From: Candidatus Marinacidobacterales bacterium
GTDB lineage: Bacteria > Acidobacteriota > Vicinamibacteria > Marinacidobacterales > DATDRI01
DNA length: 64,000 nt
Direction of reading: 5' to 3'
Assembly (NCBI GenBank): GCA_965219415.1
Contig: CBDCNP010000002.1
Location: forward strand, 2,464,001-2,528,000
The notes under the pieces are model-generated. The model worked only from the letters and a program-made list of their open reading frames with translations. It searched no databases and was not told the DNA's origin. Both the position numbers and the translations under genes were made by a program. Below, one piece after another: positions 21,903-33,553 of the stretch. How positions within the stretch are numbered: the stretch's first letter is position 1; every line of letters begins with the position of its first letter.

Positions 21903-23217
21903 ATGTCCCTCACCTCTGGCACGAAGCTGAGTTCTTACGAAATCCTCGAGCCCACCGGTGCGGGTGGCATGGGCGAGGTCTATAAGGCCAGGGACACGAA
22001 GCTCGGCCGGGAAGTTGCGATCAAGGTCCTTCCCGAAGCGTTCGCACAAAACGAAGAACGCCTAGCCCGCTTCGAGCGTGAGGCTCGGCTCCTCGCATCA
22101 CTGAATCATCCCAACATCGCTACTCTCTACGGCTTCGAACAATCCAACGGAGTCCAGTTCCTGGTCATGGAGCTCGCCGACGGAGAAACCCTCGCAGGAC
22201 GACTCCGGCGCGGCCCTATCCCAGTGGAGGATGCTCTTCCCATCTTCAAACAGATAGCGGAAGCATTGGAGGCGGCTCACGAAAAAGGAATCATCCACCG
22301 GGACCTGAAACCAGCGAACATCAAAGTCGCCTCCGAGGGCAAGGTAAAAGTCCTAGACTTCGGGCTCGCCAAGGCGATGAGTGGAGATTCTGTGAAGGGT
22401 GAGGTGTCTGAATCCCCGACCATTACTCGAGATGCGACGGCGACCGGAGTCATCCTCGGCACGGCCGCCTACATGAGCCCCGAACAAGCCCGTGGCAAGC
22501 AAGTCGACAAGAGGACCGACATCTGGGGGTTCAGCTGTGTTCTTTACGAAAGTCTTACGGGCAAAGTGGCCTTCCTCGGAGAAACGGTCACCGACACGAT
22601 GGTGAAGATCCTTGAAAAGGAGCCCGACTGGGGACGCCTTGCCGGCAACGACTCCTGCCAAGGTAAGGGATGTGCTACGGCGTTGTCTCAGGAAGGACTT
22701 GCAGCGCCGGCTGCGGGACGTGGGCGATGCACGGATCGAGATGGAAGAGGCGCTGACGGAGCCCTCCTTCACGCCGAGCGACGCAATAGAGGAGCGCGTA
22801 ACGTCGCGGCGGTGGCGGACGATTCCTTGGATAGCGGTTGCCCTCGTCGCTACGGCGGTCGCTATCTGGAGCTGGATGCGGGCTAGTCCACCATTCCACG
22901 GTCGCCGTGACACGACTTTCCCTGTCGACTCCACCCCTCGGCGGATCCGGTCCACCCCCCGCCGGATCCGGCCGCATGTTGGACATCTCGCCCGACGGTA
23001 CCCGTCTCGCCTTCATCGCTGAGGAGAATGGCGTCAGCAGACTTCTATCTTCGTTTGATGGGTCAGCTCGACGCGAGACCGGTTGAAGGCACCGACGGCG
23101 CTCGAGGCGGCCCCTTCTTCTCTCCCGATGGCGAGTGGGTAGGCTTTCAAGTCCCCGTCCCCGGAAAAGAGAACTTGGCGGGCGTACTAAAGAAGGTTCC
23201 GGTGTCAGGCGGGACGG
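21903..23217 (+). pseudogene. Hanks-type Ser/Thr kinase with PD40-like propeller, frameshifted and truncated by IS5
   Basis: GAGGMGEVY, HRDLKPAN, DFG, YMSPEQ; frame breaks after ~22635; SPDG repeats are cut at the IS5 TIR. Confidence 0.85.
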
Positions 23218-24304
23218 TGCCTTGGTGCACAACTCTCGATCTCGGTCCACAATTGTCCTGTACTCGCGGATACGAGGTTCCCCATGAGCATTTTCAAACG
23301 CACTCAGCGGAAGTATGTGAAGAAGGCCTATCGCGTGAGGAATTGGCGTGAATATGAGGCGGGTCTACGCAACCGCGGGAGCCTGACCGTCTGGATCTCG
23401 CTCACCGCCGGCAAGCTTGTGAACTGGGACGCGCCCCGGCCAAGGAGGAGGAAACCGGGCCGTCAACGCAAGTACTCGAACCACGCCATCGAGACGGCTG
23501 TCACCCTGGGCATGGTGTTTCATCTGTCATCTAGGCAGAGCGAGGGATTGCTGCGGTCGTTGTTCGCTCTGATGAAGCTAGACAATGATGTGCCCGATCA
23601 CACCACGATCTCGAGGCGCAAGCCGAAGCTGGGTAAGGTCCCCTTCTACCAAGTCAAGCAGAAGACGCCGTTGCACATCTTGATCGACAGCAGCGGTCTC
23701 GCTGTCCACGCCGGCCAGCTGCGCAGAGCACAAAAGAGCAGGGACTATCGCAAGCTCCATCTGTGTGTCGACGAGCAGAGTGGCGAAGTCGTCGCCGGCG
23801 AGCTGACGAGCAAAAGAGCCCGCGATTCATCGCGGGTTGCATCGCTTGTCGGACAGATCGACAGTCCCATCTCATCGGCCAGAGCTGACACCGCATACGA
23901 CGCCGGCGGCGTCTATGAGGCAATCGAGAATCACAGCGCTCATCGCTCGCCGAGGGTGCTGATACCGCCGCGCAAGGGCGCCCTGCTCGCATCGGGGCCG
24001 GCGAGCAGCCGACAGCGCAATCGCAACATTGCAGCACAAGCTCGGCTCGGCAAACGAAAGTGGCACACAGAATCGGGCTACAGCAAACGGAGCAAAGTCG
24101 AGACAACGTTCCATCGCTACAAGGCTATCGTGGGCTCAGCGATGCGAGCGAGAGGGTTGGCGGCACAGAGAGGTGAGGCAAGGATCGGGTGCAAGATTCT
24201 CAACACCATGACGGCGCTCGGGATGCCTGATAGCGAGATGATCGGATGATGGGAGTCGGGGCCAAGCGAGCTCTCGGCCTCTATCGGAGTTGTGCACCAA
24301 GGCA
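23218..24304 (+). mobile_element. IS5 family (IS903-like) insertion sequence
   Basis: Perfect 18-bp TIR TGCCTTGGTGCACAACTC at 23218-23235 and 24287-24304; no TSD and unrelated flanks. Confidence 0.85.
23284..24249 (+). CDS. IS5 family transposase
   Basis: YRVRNWREYEAGLRNRGSLTVW, PDHTTISRR, IDSSG, ADTAYD, GYSKRSKVET. Confidence 0.9.
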   Translation: MSIFKRTQRKYVKKAYRVRNWREYEAGLRNRGSLTVWISLTAGKLVNWDAPRPRRRKPGRQRKYSNHAIETAVTLGMVFHLSSRQSEGLLRSLFALMKLDNDVPDHTTISRRKPKLGKVPFYQVKQKTPLHILIDSSGLAVHAGQLRRAQKSRDYRKLHLCVDEQSGEVVAGELTSKRARDSSRVASLVGQIDSPISSARADTAYDAGGVYEAIENHSAHRSPRVLIPPRKGALLASGPASSRQRNRNIAAQARLGKRKWHTESGYSKRSKVETTFHRYKAIVGSAMRARGLAAQRGEARIGCKILNTMTALGMPDSEMIG

Positions 24305-24485
24305 GCACAGAGGTGGGTACTCCAGTGCCCCGGGTCATCGTCGCGGATCAACAGAAGCGGTGGAGAAGCTGTAACCAGCGTGGCACTATTCGGCTGAACT
24401 GGCGCATCATCCAGGCCCCGATGCGGCTCATCGACTATGTCATCGTCCACGAGCTGGTGCATCTGCGCCACCGCAGCCACGGCCG

Positions 24486-25744
24486 TGGACTTGACCCGCT
24501 TTCGTGGACACCTAATCCTTTGGGAGACAGGAGTCCACGATGTCAAAAGCACGGAAACAGATACGCGGCCGAGTTCCGGCGCCAAATGGTAGAGCTGGTG
24601 CGAGCGGGCCGCGGCCCCGAAGAGCTGGCGAGAGAGTTTGAGCCCTCGGCCCAGACGATCCGGAACTGGGTGAACCAGGCGGATCTCGACGAGGGTAGCA
24701 GGCAGAACGGTCTGACGAGTGAGGAGCGTGCGGAGCTCCGCCGCCTGCGACGGGAGAACCGTCAGCTACGGTTGGAGCGGGAGATCCTCTCAAAAGCCGC
24801 GGCCTGGTTCGCTCGGGAGACCGAGTCGGTACCACCGAAGCCTTCCGATTCGTGAGGGCGAACCAGGATTCACTACCGGTTGCCACGATGTGCCGACTGC
24901 TGGACGTCTCCGCCAGCGGCTACTATGCGTGGCTTGAGCGTGCCCCGTCGGCCCGCGCGGTGTCGGATGCAGAGTTGCTCGAGAAGATCCGAGCGATTCA
25001 CACCGCGTCGCGGGGCACGTACGGCGCGCCGAGGATTTTCCACGAGCTACGAGAGACACACGAGCTCCACGTCTCACGCAAGCGTGTAGCGCGGCTGATG
25101 CGCGAGGCTGGCATTCAAGGCGTTCACCGGCGCAAGAGGGCGCACACCACGATTCGCGATGACGACGCTCGTCCCGCCCCCGACCTCGTCGACAGGAATT
25201 TCGAGGTGGACCGGCCCGACCGCCTGTGGGTCGCCGATATCACCTACGTGCCCACGTGGTCGGGCTTCTTGTTCCTCGCCGTCGTGCTGGACGCCTTCAG
25301 CCGACGCATCGTCAGATGGGCGATGGCTCCCCACCTGCGGACGTCGCTCGTCTTGAGCGCCTTCGACATGGCGCTGTTCCAACGCAAGCCCGGCGACGTC
25401 ATCCATCACTCGGACCAGGGCACGCAGTACACGTCACTAGCGTTCGGCCAGCGATGCCGGGAGGCCGGGGTGCGACCGTCGATGGGTTCGGTCGGGGACT
25501 GTTACGACAATGCGATGTGCGAGAGCTTCTTCGCGACGCTCGAGTGCGAGCTGATCGAGCGCCGGTCGTTTCGCTACCACGCTGAGGCGCGCATGGCGAC
25601 CTTCGATTTCATCGAAGGCTGGTACAACCCGCGACGCCGACACTCCGCCATCGACTATTGCTCCCCGATACAATTCGAAAGGAGGTACTATCGCGCCGCT
25701 TGATCCCTAACTCTTAACCTGTCCACGAAAGCGGGGTCACTTCA
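24486..25744 (+). mobile_element. IS3 family element, copy 1 (orfA frameshifted)
   Basis: TG...CA ends, TIR TGGACTTGACCCGCTTTCGTGGACA, 4-bp TSD GCCG; one extra A at the orfA start compared with copy 2. Confidence 0.93.
24852..25703 (+). CDS. IS3 transposase OrfB
   Basis: WVADITY, HHSDQG, DNAMCESFF. Confidence 0.92.
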   Translation: MRANQDSLPVATMCRLLDVSASGYYAWLERAPSARAVSDAELLEKIRAIHTASRGTYGAPRIFHELRETHELHVSRKRVARLMREAGIQGVHRRKRAHTTIRDDDARPAPDLVDRNFEVDRPDRLWVADITYVPTWSGFLFLAVVLDAFSRRIVRWAMAPHLRTSLVLSAFDMALFQRKPGDVIHHSDQGTQYTSLAFGQRCREAGVRPSMGSVGDCYDNAMCESFFATLECELIERRSFRYHAEARMATFDFIEGWYNPRRRHSAIDYCSPIQFERRYYRAA

Positions 25745-26212
25745 GCCGTGACTACTGGCAGGCTATCGGGACGGTAGCCCCGGCCTCGATTGGACCCGCG
25801 GGCAGCCTCCTTTCCACTGGCACACGGCCCCCGGTTAGCGCTCGCTCCCTTATTTAGCGCAAACTTGTCCCTCGGAAATCGAGATTAGAGACGAAAACCA
25901 AAAATGAGGCCCTTTCAGGCCTGTTGGTCACGCTGGAGCCATCCAGCGATGGCGACGACCAACAAGGTTCAGGGCTGGCTCTGCCTCCTCATGACCGAGG
26001 ATTCTAGCTTCCATTGGCCAACCAAGCCTCAGACGTCTCTGATCCGAAACGTCCCGGCGCGGCCAGTCTTGAGTTCGTTTGTGTTTTTGGACAGGACGCC
26101 CTCGACCCTACCGGCCAAAGAAAATTGGCATCAGAGTGGGGAGTCCTATCGATCAGCGGGGCCCGCCTCGTCCGAGGTTGGTGGCGTCGCTGCAGTCGTC
26201 CAGAGTAAGCTG

Positions 26213-27579
26213 GGATGTGTCCCGAGGTCCGTGGAAAAAGAACGGCGCCCTCCACTCCGTCATCAGGGTATCAGATCAGGCGGCAACCTCCGCGTGTTCG
26301 AGAACCTCGCTCAGACGTTGGTAGCCGTCGATGCGTCGTAGTTGAATCTGGCCAGAGGCGATAAGCCCAAACAGCAAAGCGACCGCGGACTCCTCGCTGG
26401 AGAACGACGCTTGGGTTTTCGTCCGACGTCGAAATTCGCGGTTGAGATTCTCCAGAGCATTGGTCGTTCGAATCGATTTCCACATGACACGAGGGAATTC
26501 GTAGAAGGTCAGCAGCTGATTACCGGCTTCCTCTAGGCTTCGGACGACGGTCGGTGCGAGAGGCGTCCACTTGGCGACGAGCTCGTCATAGGCTTTGCGA
26601 GCATCGAACCCGTTCTTGGCGTAGACGATCCGGTTGTAGTCACACCGGAGCTCACGGCGTGCGTGCGCCGGGCAATGTTGGAGCAAGTTGGCGTGCTTGT
26701 GCTCGGTACATCGCTGCAACCGGCACCCCGGCCACTTCTCCAGCGCTTTCGTCAGCCCCTTGTGGCCATCGCTAATCACTAGCTTGGGAGCCCGGAGTCC
26801 TTGAGCCTGGAGTCCCTCCAGCACGGAGCCCCAATGCGTCGAGGCTTCGCTCACCGCCAGACGCAATGACAACAGACGTTTCTGCCCGTCTGGCGCGACC
26901 CCGAGCGCGGACAGTACGGGTACGCTGATCACACGTTTCGCCATCCGCACTTTCAGGTGGAAGCCGTCCAGGTAAACGATCGCGTAGACCTCCTCGCTGA
27001 GAGCACGGTTCTGCCATTCTTCGAAGCACTCCTTCAGACGACTAACCACGCGAGACACCGCGCTCTTCGATAGGTGCTCCTCACCGAGCAGTGGTTTCAG
27101 CGCTTTGCGGATCCGGCGGCTATTTGTGTCCGACAAGTACGTCCCCAAGATCGCCTCGTCGACCTCACGAGTCCGGCGTGCATACCGGGGCAACAGCTCG
27201 CTCCTGAACTCTGTCGTCTCTCTCGTTTCCTCGTCTCGCACGCGGGCTCGTGGCACCCGGAGCTCGCGAGTTCCCACCGACGTCGTCACGCGACGGGTTT
27301 CGGCTCCGTTGCGATACCCACGGCGGTCTTCCGCACGCTCGTAGCTACGACACCCCAGCGCTTGGTCGACTTCTTCCTCGAGCACAACCTCGATCGCCTC
27401 CAGTACCCGCATACGCAGCCGAAGTTGGACGAACTCCCGGTACTCGCTTACAGACTCCTTCAATATGGTGGTAGGCTTCTCCATGGCGTAACCCTCCTCC
27501 TCGCCTTTCCAGGCGCGGTTTCGTTTTGCTTAACCGGAGGTTACGCCATTCTTATTTCCACGGGAAGCGGGACGGATCC
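26213..27579 (-). mobile_element. IS256 family element
   Basis: Imperfect TIRs GGATGTGTCCCGAGGTCCGTGGAAA / GGATCCGTCCCGCTTCCCGTGGAAA; truncates the adjacent ISL3. Confidence 0.85.
26276..27484 (-). CDS. IS256 family transposase
   Basis: YRNG, YLDG, ISDG, QRCTEHK, RTTNALENLNREF. Confidence 0.92.
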   Translation of the reverse strand: MEKPTTILKESVSEYREFVQLRLRMRVLEAIEVVLEEEVDQALGCRSYERAEDRRGYRNGAETRRVTTSVGTRELRVPRARVRDEETRETTEFRSELLPRYARRTREVDEAILGTYLSDTNSRRIRKALKPLLGEEHLSKSAVSRVVSRLKECFEEWQNRALSEEVYAIVYLDGFHLKVRMAKRVISVPVLSALGVAPDGQKRLLSLRLAVSEASTHWGSVLEGLQAQGLRAPKLVISDGHKGLTKALEKWPGCRLQRCTEHKHANLLQHCPAHARRELRCDYNRIVYAKNGFDARKAYDELVAKWTPLAPTVVRSLEEAGNQLLTFYEFPRVMWKSIRTTNALENLNREFRRRTKTQASFSSEESAVALLFGLIASGQIQLRRIDGYQRLSEVLEHAEVAA

Positions 27580-28882
27580 TATTCCTCGTCGCGATAGCCG
27601 TAGGCGCGTCGTTGCAGAACACGGATTTTGTTGTTGACCCCTTCAACTAGGCCGAGGCTGACTTTGTTCTCCGGATGACAGTAGGAGGCGATACCGTCCC
27701 AATGGGACTCAATCATACCGGCGAACTTCTGGTACGGATGCAGGCGTTGCCATTTGAGGCTGTCTTTCCAACGAGTGAAAAAGGCGCGAGCGCCGCGTTC
27801 GGTGCGGTAATCCCAGAGTTGCCCGAAGGCCTCCTTCAAAATATAGACGGTGTTCAGGCGCCGGTTGGCCTGGAGCAACTTTTTGAGTGCGCGGCGACCG
27901 TCTAGGCTCAGGTTCTCCCGCCGGGAAAGCAAAGTGTAACGCTGCCCCTTGATGTACGACCGGTCCTTGCCGCTGAGGCGTTTGTACTCACCGCGCCGGA
28001 CCTCATCGAGGGCCTTTGACAGATGACGCATGATATGAAACTTGTCGAAGATGATCCGCGCATTAGGCGCGTTGTGAATCACCGAGTTCCGGAAGGGCTT
28101 CCACATATCCATGGCGGCCAGCTTGATACGGGCGCTTTTCTTTCCGCCCAGCGCCTTGAAGAACAAATCGATGTCGGTTTCTTTGCGACCCTCACCGCCC
28201 ACCCAGATGGGACGCGCCCGCTCCAGGTCGCGCTGACAATGACGCGATAGTTATGTCCCTTGCGGATGGAGATCTCATCGACACCGATGGCCCGAGGCGC
28301 CGGTAGCCCCGCCCGGTCGACCTGCTCTTGCGTGTAGAGCGTATCCAGAGCCTTCACCGTACCGTGGTGCAGACGTTCCATCTCGGCCACCGCCTTGTTC
28401 GGCATATCCCGGCACAGCTTGCCCACATGCGTCGCAAAACGCTGGGTGTAGCGCGAGTTGTTCGCCAGCCAGTCTAGGTTGTTCTACATGCACACCGCCG
28501 CACCCAGAACAGTTGACGCGCCGACGCTCGTATTCCAGATAGATCCGCCAGCCTGCCAACGACAGGTCGCGGACCCGGCACACTTGCTTGTCATAGCGCC
28601 CCCGGCACCGTTGCCCACAGTAAGAGCACACAGCTGTTTTTTTCGCCTCTTGAGCTGGATGACGCGGGCGTATCGGTCACCGAATAGACCCTTCAATCCG
28701 GCACCAACCACGAAACCTGGCAGCGCAAACAGCGAGCGGATCGACTGGGAATTTTTCACTCGGTTAGCCTATCCTAAAAATGGACCACTTTTCAGCACCT
28801 GATGAAGTACTCGATACCTTTTCCACACAATGAGTTACACTGTTTTTCCGTCAGAACTTACCCACACGAATCCGCGTAAACC
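27580..28882 (-). mobile_element. ISL3 family element; transposase in four frames, C-terminus cut by IS256
   Basis: TIR-like GGTTTACGCGGATTCGTGTGGG at ~28861-28882; CxxC pairs, IGVDEIS, AMDMW, FDKFH, VEGVNNKI; an A7 run at the first frame change. Confidence 0.85.
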
Positions 28883-29148
28883 CGTTTGATCTTGCAACGC
28901 GACCGTCAAAACCTCGATCAAGGTCTTCTCCTCCTTGGATCTTAAGGGCGATGCTGCATCGTATCACTTGATCACCGCAAAAAACTCCATCTGTTGCGCA
29001 ATCTTTCTTAGCAACCCCAACTAATAGTGTTCTTTTTGTGCGACTCGCGAGCCGCGAAAGCGCCTCGGGCCATTTTTGACCGGCCCCGGGTCTCATGCTA
29101 ATCTCGGTAATCTCCGACAGGTCAGGTTAGGTTGGTTTAGGTAAATAT

Positions 29149-30410
29149 ATGATTAAAAAAGACTTATTGGATAATGGGCTCACCGTGGTGACGGAGGCCA
29201 TGCCGCACGTCCGCTCGGTAGCGGTCGGAATTTGGCTCCGCCGGGGAAGCCGCCACGAGCAGCGGGTGAAGGGGGGGCATCTCCCATTTCATCGAGCACA
29301 TGGTGTTCAAAGGGACCACCCGTCGCACCCAGCTCCAGATCGCCCAGGAGATGGATGCGATCGGGGGCCAGACCGACGCCTTCACCTCCAAGGAATACGC
29401 CAGTTTCAACGCCAAGGTGCTCGACGAACACGTCCCGCAAGTGGTTGACCTCTTGGCGGATATCGTGCTCAATCCGAGCTTCGACCCAGAGGAGCTCGAG
29501 CGGGAGCGAAAGGTCATCTTCGAAGAGATCAAGATGGTCGAGGACACGCCCGATGACCTCGTCCACGAGATCTTTATCGAGTCTTTCTGGCCCGATCACT
29601 CTCTTGGGCTCCCCATTCTTGGCACCGAGGAGATCGTCTCGGCGTTCGATCGCGACCAGCTCCTGAGGTTCTTCCGAGAAACCTATACTCCCGCGAACCT
29701 CATCGTGTCGGCGGCAGGGAATCTGGACCACCAGAGGGTGCTCGACCTCGTCGAGAGTCATTTTCGACCCTTCAAGCGAGCTCGAACGAAGTGCATGAGT
29801 CGCCGCCCGCGGTTGACCCAGCCGTACGCTTCCGGGAAAAGGACCTCGAGCAGGTCCATTTGGTCTTGGGCACCGTCGCCCCCCATCAAAGCCATGTCGA
29901 CCGGTACGGCAGCTACCGTATTGAACACGATTCTAGGTGGGACGATGAGCTCGAGGCTCTTCCAAGTGATTCGTGAGAAGCGAGGCCAGGCCTGGCCTAT
30001 AGCGTCTATTCCGGCCTCAGCTGCTATCGAGATGCGGGCAACCTCACAATCTATGCGGGCACAGTCCTCAGAACAGTGGCCAGGTGGTGGAGCTGGTGCT
30101 CGATGAGCTGCGCCGGATCCGCCGGGTGCCGGTCGGTGACGAGGAGCTGCGACGGGCCAAGGACCACCTCAAGGGAAGCATCATGCTGGGACTGGAAGGT
30201 ACCGGTTCTCGGATGTCCCAGTTGGCGCGGCATGAGATGTATTTCGGGCGGCAGATCTCGTTGGACGAGACCCTTGCCGGCATCGAGAACGTGAACCGCG
30301 AGGGGATCATGCGGTTGGCGGGGGAGCTATTCGAAGAAAGACCGCTCGGCTTGACGGCGGTCGGCAACTTGGCCGATCTAAAACCGCTGCCCGAGCAATT
30401 GGTTGCGTAA
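29149..30410 (+). pseudogene. M16 peptidase (single-module), several frameshifts
   Basis: GSRHE|SHFIEHMVFKGT...GGTMSSRLFQVIREKRG|...RAKDHLKGS spread over four ORFs. Confidence 0.85.
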
Positions 30411-30461
30411 AAGTCTACCGTTCGGGGACCTCGATCAGTATACTGTTGCCGGAGGTCTCCC

Positions 30462-31301
30462 ATAGCCCTACAGATATCCGTTCTGGGCAGCGGCAGTAGC
30501 GGTAACGTCACATTTGTCTCCAACGGCTCGGCGAATATCCTCATCGATGCCGGGCTAGCCTGCCGAGAAATAGAAAAACGACTGGCAACCTTGGGAGTTC
30601 CGCCGAGCGCCATCACCGCTCTCTTGCTCTCTCACGAGCACCACGACCATGCCCGGGCCGCCTTGGCCTTTGCCCGCAAACATCGAACGCCACTCTTCGC
30701 CACTGAGGGGACCTTCCAACGACTCAAGGATCGTACAGCCAAGAAGTACAAGAATGTGGAATGGCTTCGCCTGAAAGCGGATCGCAGCTTGAAGCTAGCG
30801 AAGATGGTGATAGACATCTTCCCCACCCCTCACGATGCGGCGGAGTCGGTGGGGTTCGCGGTCCGGCAAGGACAACTACGATTTTCCCATGTCACGGACA
30901 TCGGCCATATCTCCCCCGCGGTGGAAGAAGCGCTCCGGGGATCCCAGGCGCTCCTCGTCGAGTCCAATCACGACGTGGATATGCTTCGGCAAGGGCCCTA
31001 CCCGGATTCTTTGAAGCAACGGGTAGGAAGCCGTTTGGGTCACCTATCTAACGAGGCATTGGCGGTCTATTTGGAGCAGAGACTCCCGATGTCGGTCCGA
31101 CATCTTTTCCTCGCCCATATTTCCCGCACCAACAACCATGAGAGCCTGGCTCTGACGACGTGCCGGGAAGCACTCCAGCGAAGGGGCGATCCCGTCCCGA
31201 TGGTCCACCTGACGTATCACGATCGGCCCACGCACCTCCTTCGGCTACGGGATCCTCGACGGGCCGACGTCAGTAGTCGGCAACGGGTCCTCGCATTCTA
31301 G
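30462..31301 (+). CDS. MBL-fold hydrolase (YycJ/WalJ-like), probable ATA start
   Basis: In-frame ISVLGSGSSGN...ILIDAG upstream of the called ORF; SHEHHDH, PHDA, ESNHD, GHLSN, AHIS. Confidence 0.85.
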   Translation: MALQISVLGSGSSGNVTFVSNGSANILIDAGLACREIEKRLATLGVPPSAITALLLSHEHHDHARAALAFARKHRTPLFATEGTFQRLKDRTAKKYKNVEWLRLKADRSLKLAKMVIDIFPTPHDAAESVGFAVRQGQLRFSHVTDIGHISPAVEEALRGSQALLVESNHDVDMLRQGPYPDSLKQRVGSRLGHLSNEALAVYLEQRLPMSVRHLFLAHISRTNNHESLALTTCREALQRRGDPVPMVHLTYHDRPTHLLRLRDPRRADVSSRQRVLAF

Positions 31302-31314
31302 CGGGGGGAAGCGG

Positions 31315-32622
31315 ATGCTGACCGACCGCTACACACACCCCGAGATGGGGGCTCTCTGGAGCGAGCAGAAGAAGTTCGAGACGTGGTTGGCGGTCGAGGT
31401 AGCGGCCGCCGAAGCGATGGCCGCCGAAGGCATCGTCCCCGCCGAAGCTGTAAAAGAGATCAAGAAAAAGGCTAGCTTCTCCATCGATCGCATCGATGAG
31501 ATCGAACGCGACGTCAAGCACGACGTCGTCGCCTTCACAACTGCAGTCGCGGAGACGGTGGGCGAAGCCAGCCGGTGGATCCACTTCGGCCTAACGAGCT
31601 CCGATGTCGTCGATACCGCCTTGGGGCTGAGGCTTCGAGAAGCCGCGGATCTCATAGTCGCCGACGTCGATGCTCTCCTCGATGTTCTGCGCAATCGCGC
31701 CTTGGATCACAAGCGCACATTGATGGTCGGGCGGACCCACGGGGTCCACGCCGAGCCCATGACCTTCGGGTTGAAGCTGGCGCTTTGGTACGCCGAGGTG
31801 GCTCGGAGCCGCGAGCGCGTGGCCAGGGCCCGCGAGGGGGTTGCCGTGGGAAAACTCTCCGGAGCCGTAGGCACGTTCGCGCACCTAGCTCCAAGCATCG
31901 AAGAGAAGGTCTGTAAAAGCTTAGGTTTGAAACCAGCCCCGATCTCTTCCCAGATACTCGGCCGCGACCGCCACGCGGAGATACTCGGCGCTCTCGCAAT
32001 CCTCGCCAGCACTCTCGATCGGATCGCCACGGAGATCCGAGGGCTGCAGCGAACCGAGATCCGGGAGGTGGAGGAGTTCTTCGACAAGAAACAAAAGGGC
32101 TCGTCCTCCATGCCGCACAAGCGCAACCCAGTGTCTTGCGAGCAGGTTTCGGGGCTGGCCCGCGTCATTCGCGGCAACCTGCAGGCGGCGCTCGAGGACA
32201 TTCCGCTCTGGCACGAGAGAGACATCTCTCACTCGTCGGCGGAACGGATGATCCTCCCCTCGAGCTTCATCTTGACCGACCACATACTTCGGAAGATGAC
32301 GAATATCGTGGACAACCTCATCGTCTACCCGGAGCGGATGCGTGAGAATCTCGAGTCCATGCGTGGGCTCGTCTTCAGCGGACAAGTTCTCTTGGAGCTA
32401 GCAAAAAGCGGGCTATCAAGGGAAGAGGCGTACAAGGTCGTCCAGCGCAACGCCATGAAGGTCTGGAGCGACAAAAGTAACAGGGAAGACTTCAAGTCTC
32501 TTCTTGCCAAGGACCCCGAGATCCAGGGGCGGCTCTCGCCGGCAGAGCTCGAAGAGACTTTCGACTACGACAACCAAATACGACAAGTCGATGCCATCTT
32601 GGAAAGGGTCTTCGCGCCTTGA
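31315..32622 (+). CDS. purB: Adenylosuccinate lyase
   Basis: HDVVAF, HFGLTSSD, GRTHG, GSSSMPHKRNP. Confidence 0.97.
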   Translation: MLTDRYTHPEMGALWSEQKKFETWLAVEVAAAEAMAAEGIVPAEAVKEIKKKASFSIDRIDEIERDVKHDVVAFTTAVAETVGEASRWIHFGLTSSDVVDTALGLRLREAADLIVADVDALLDVLRNRALDHKRTLMVGRTHGVHAEPMTFGLKLALWYAEVARSRERVARAREGVAVGKLSGAVGTFAHLAPSIEEKVCKSLGLKPAPISSQILGRDRHAEILGALAILASTLDRIATEIRGLQRTEIREVEEFFDKKQKGSSSMPHKRNPVSCEQVSGLARVIRGNLQAALEDIPLWHERDISHSSAERMILPSSFILTDHILRKMTNIVDNLIVYPERMRENLESMRGLVFSGQVLLELAKSGLSREEAYKVVQRNAMKVWSDKSNREDFKSLLAKDPEIQGRLSPAELEETFDYDNQIRQVDAILERVFAP

Positions 32623-32861
32623 AAGCGAAGGTCTTCGTACGGCTCAAGCCTTCCGTCCATGATCCGCAGGGCGAAACCATCCGGGGTGCCCTAGAGACCA
32701 TGGGTTACCAAGGTGTGACCGACGTACGCCAAGGCAAATACTTCGAGATGTCGCTAGAGGCCTCTTCGCGGAAGGAGGCGGAGAGCCAGGTTCGCGAGAT
32801 CGCAAACCGCTTTCTATCGAACCCGGTCATCGAGACGTTCGAAGTGGAGCTCTCAGACTGA
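32619..32861 (+). CDS. purS: FGAM synthase subunit PurS
   Basis: DPQG...VRQGKYFE...LSNPVIE; TTG start. Confidence 0.95.
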   Translation: MKAKVFVRLKPSVHDPQGETIRGALETMGYQGVTDVRQGKYFEMSLEASSRKEAESQVREIANRFLSNPVIETFEVELSD

Positions 32862-33553
32862 TGCCGCGCTTCGCGGTCCTCGTCTTCCCCGGCTCCAATT
32901 GCGAAGGGGACGTTCTATACGCGCTGACAGACGTGCTCGGTCAGGAAGCGGAGTTGGTTTGGCACAAGGAAACGTCGCTCGATGGTTTCGACGCCGCCTT
33001 GCTACCGGGAGGCTTCGCTCACGGTGATTACCTCCGGCCCGGGGCCATCGCGCGCTTTTCTCCGATCATGAAGGCCGTTGTTTCGATGGCCGAGGCGAGG
33101 AAACCTGTCATCGGCATCTGCAATGGCTTTCAAGTCCTGATGGAGGCGGGGCTTCTTCCCGGTGCCATGTTGCGCAACAAAAGCCTCCACTACGTCTGTC
33201 GCTATGTGAATCTTCGCGTGGAAACTACAAAGTCTCCGCTCACCAATACCTGCACCGCTGGGGACGTACTGCAGGTGCCGATAGGGCACGCCGACGGAAA
33301 CTTCTTCGCCGACGACTCAGAGATCGAAGAGCTCGAGAAGCAGGGCCGTGTGATGTTCCGGTACTCGACACCGAGCGGCGAGTTGACTGACGATGCGAAT
33401 CCCAACGGCTCGCTCAACCACATCGCCGGCATCATGAGCACCGAAGGCAACGTCGTCGGGCTCATGCCACATCTTGATCGCTGCTACCAGCCCGAATTAG
33501 GCACCGATCATGGTCGTCGCCTCTTCCAGAGTCTTATCGCATCGGTCTCATGA
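32861..33553 (+). CDS. purQ: FGAM synthase glutaminase subunit PurQ
   Basis: [33 protein letters not shown] (H-L-D instead of the usual HPE). Confidence 0.95.
   Translation: MPRFAVLVFPGSNCEGDVLYALTDVLGQEAELVWHKETSLDGFDAALLPGGFAHGDYLRPGAIARFSPIMKAVVSMAEARKPVIGICNGFQVLMEAGLLPGAMLRNKSLHYVCRYVNLRVETTKSPLTNTCTAGDVLQVPIGHADGNFFADDSEIEELEKQGRVMFRYSTPSGELTDDANPNGSLNHIAGIMSTEGNVVGLMPHLDRCYQPELGTDHGRRLFQSLIASVS

Larger units (their letters stand above)
24305..25777 (+). pseudogene. M48/YgjP-like metallopeptidase remnant split by IS3
   Basis: KRWRSC...IRLNWRII...DYVIVHELVH..HG before the IS3 continues as RDYWQAIG after it. Confidence 0.7.

Noticed and set aside
24292-24855. 187-aa ORF as a peptidase-transposase fusion
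   Set aside because: It is the M48 remnant reading through the IS3 left end into the frameshifted orfA. The TSD shows a simple insertion.
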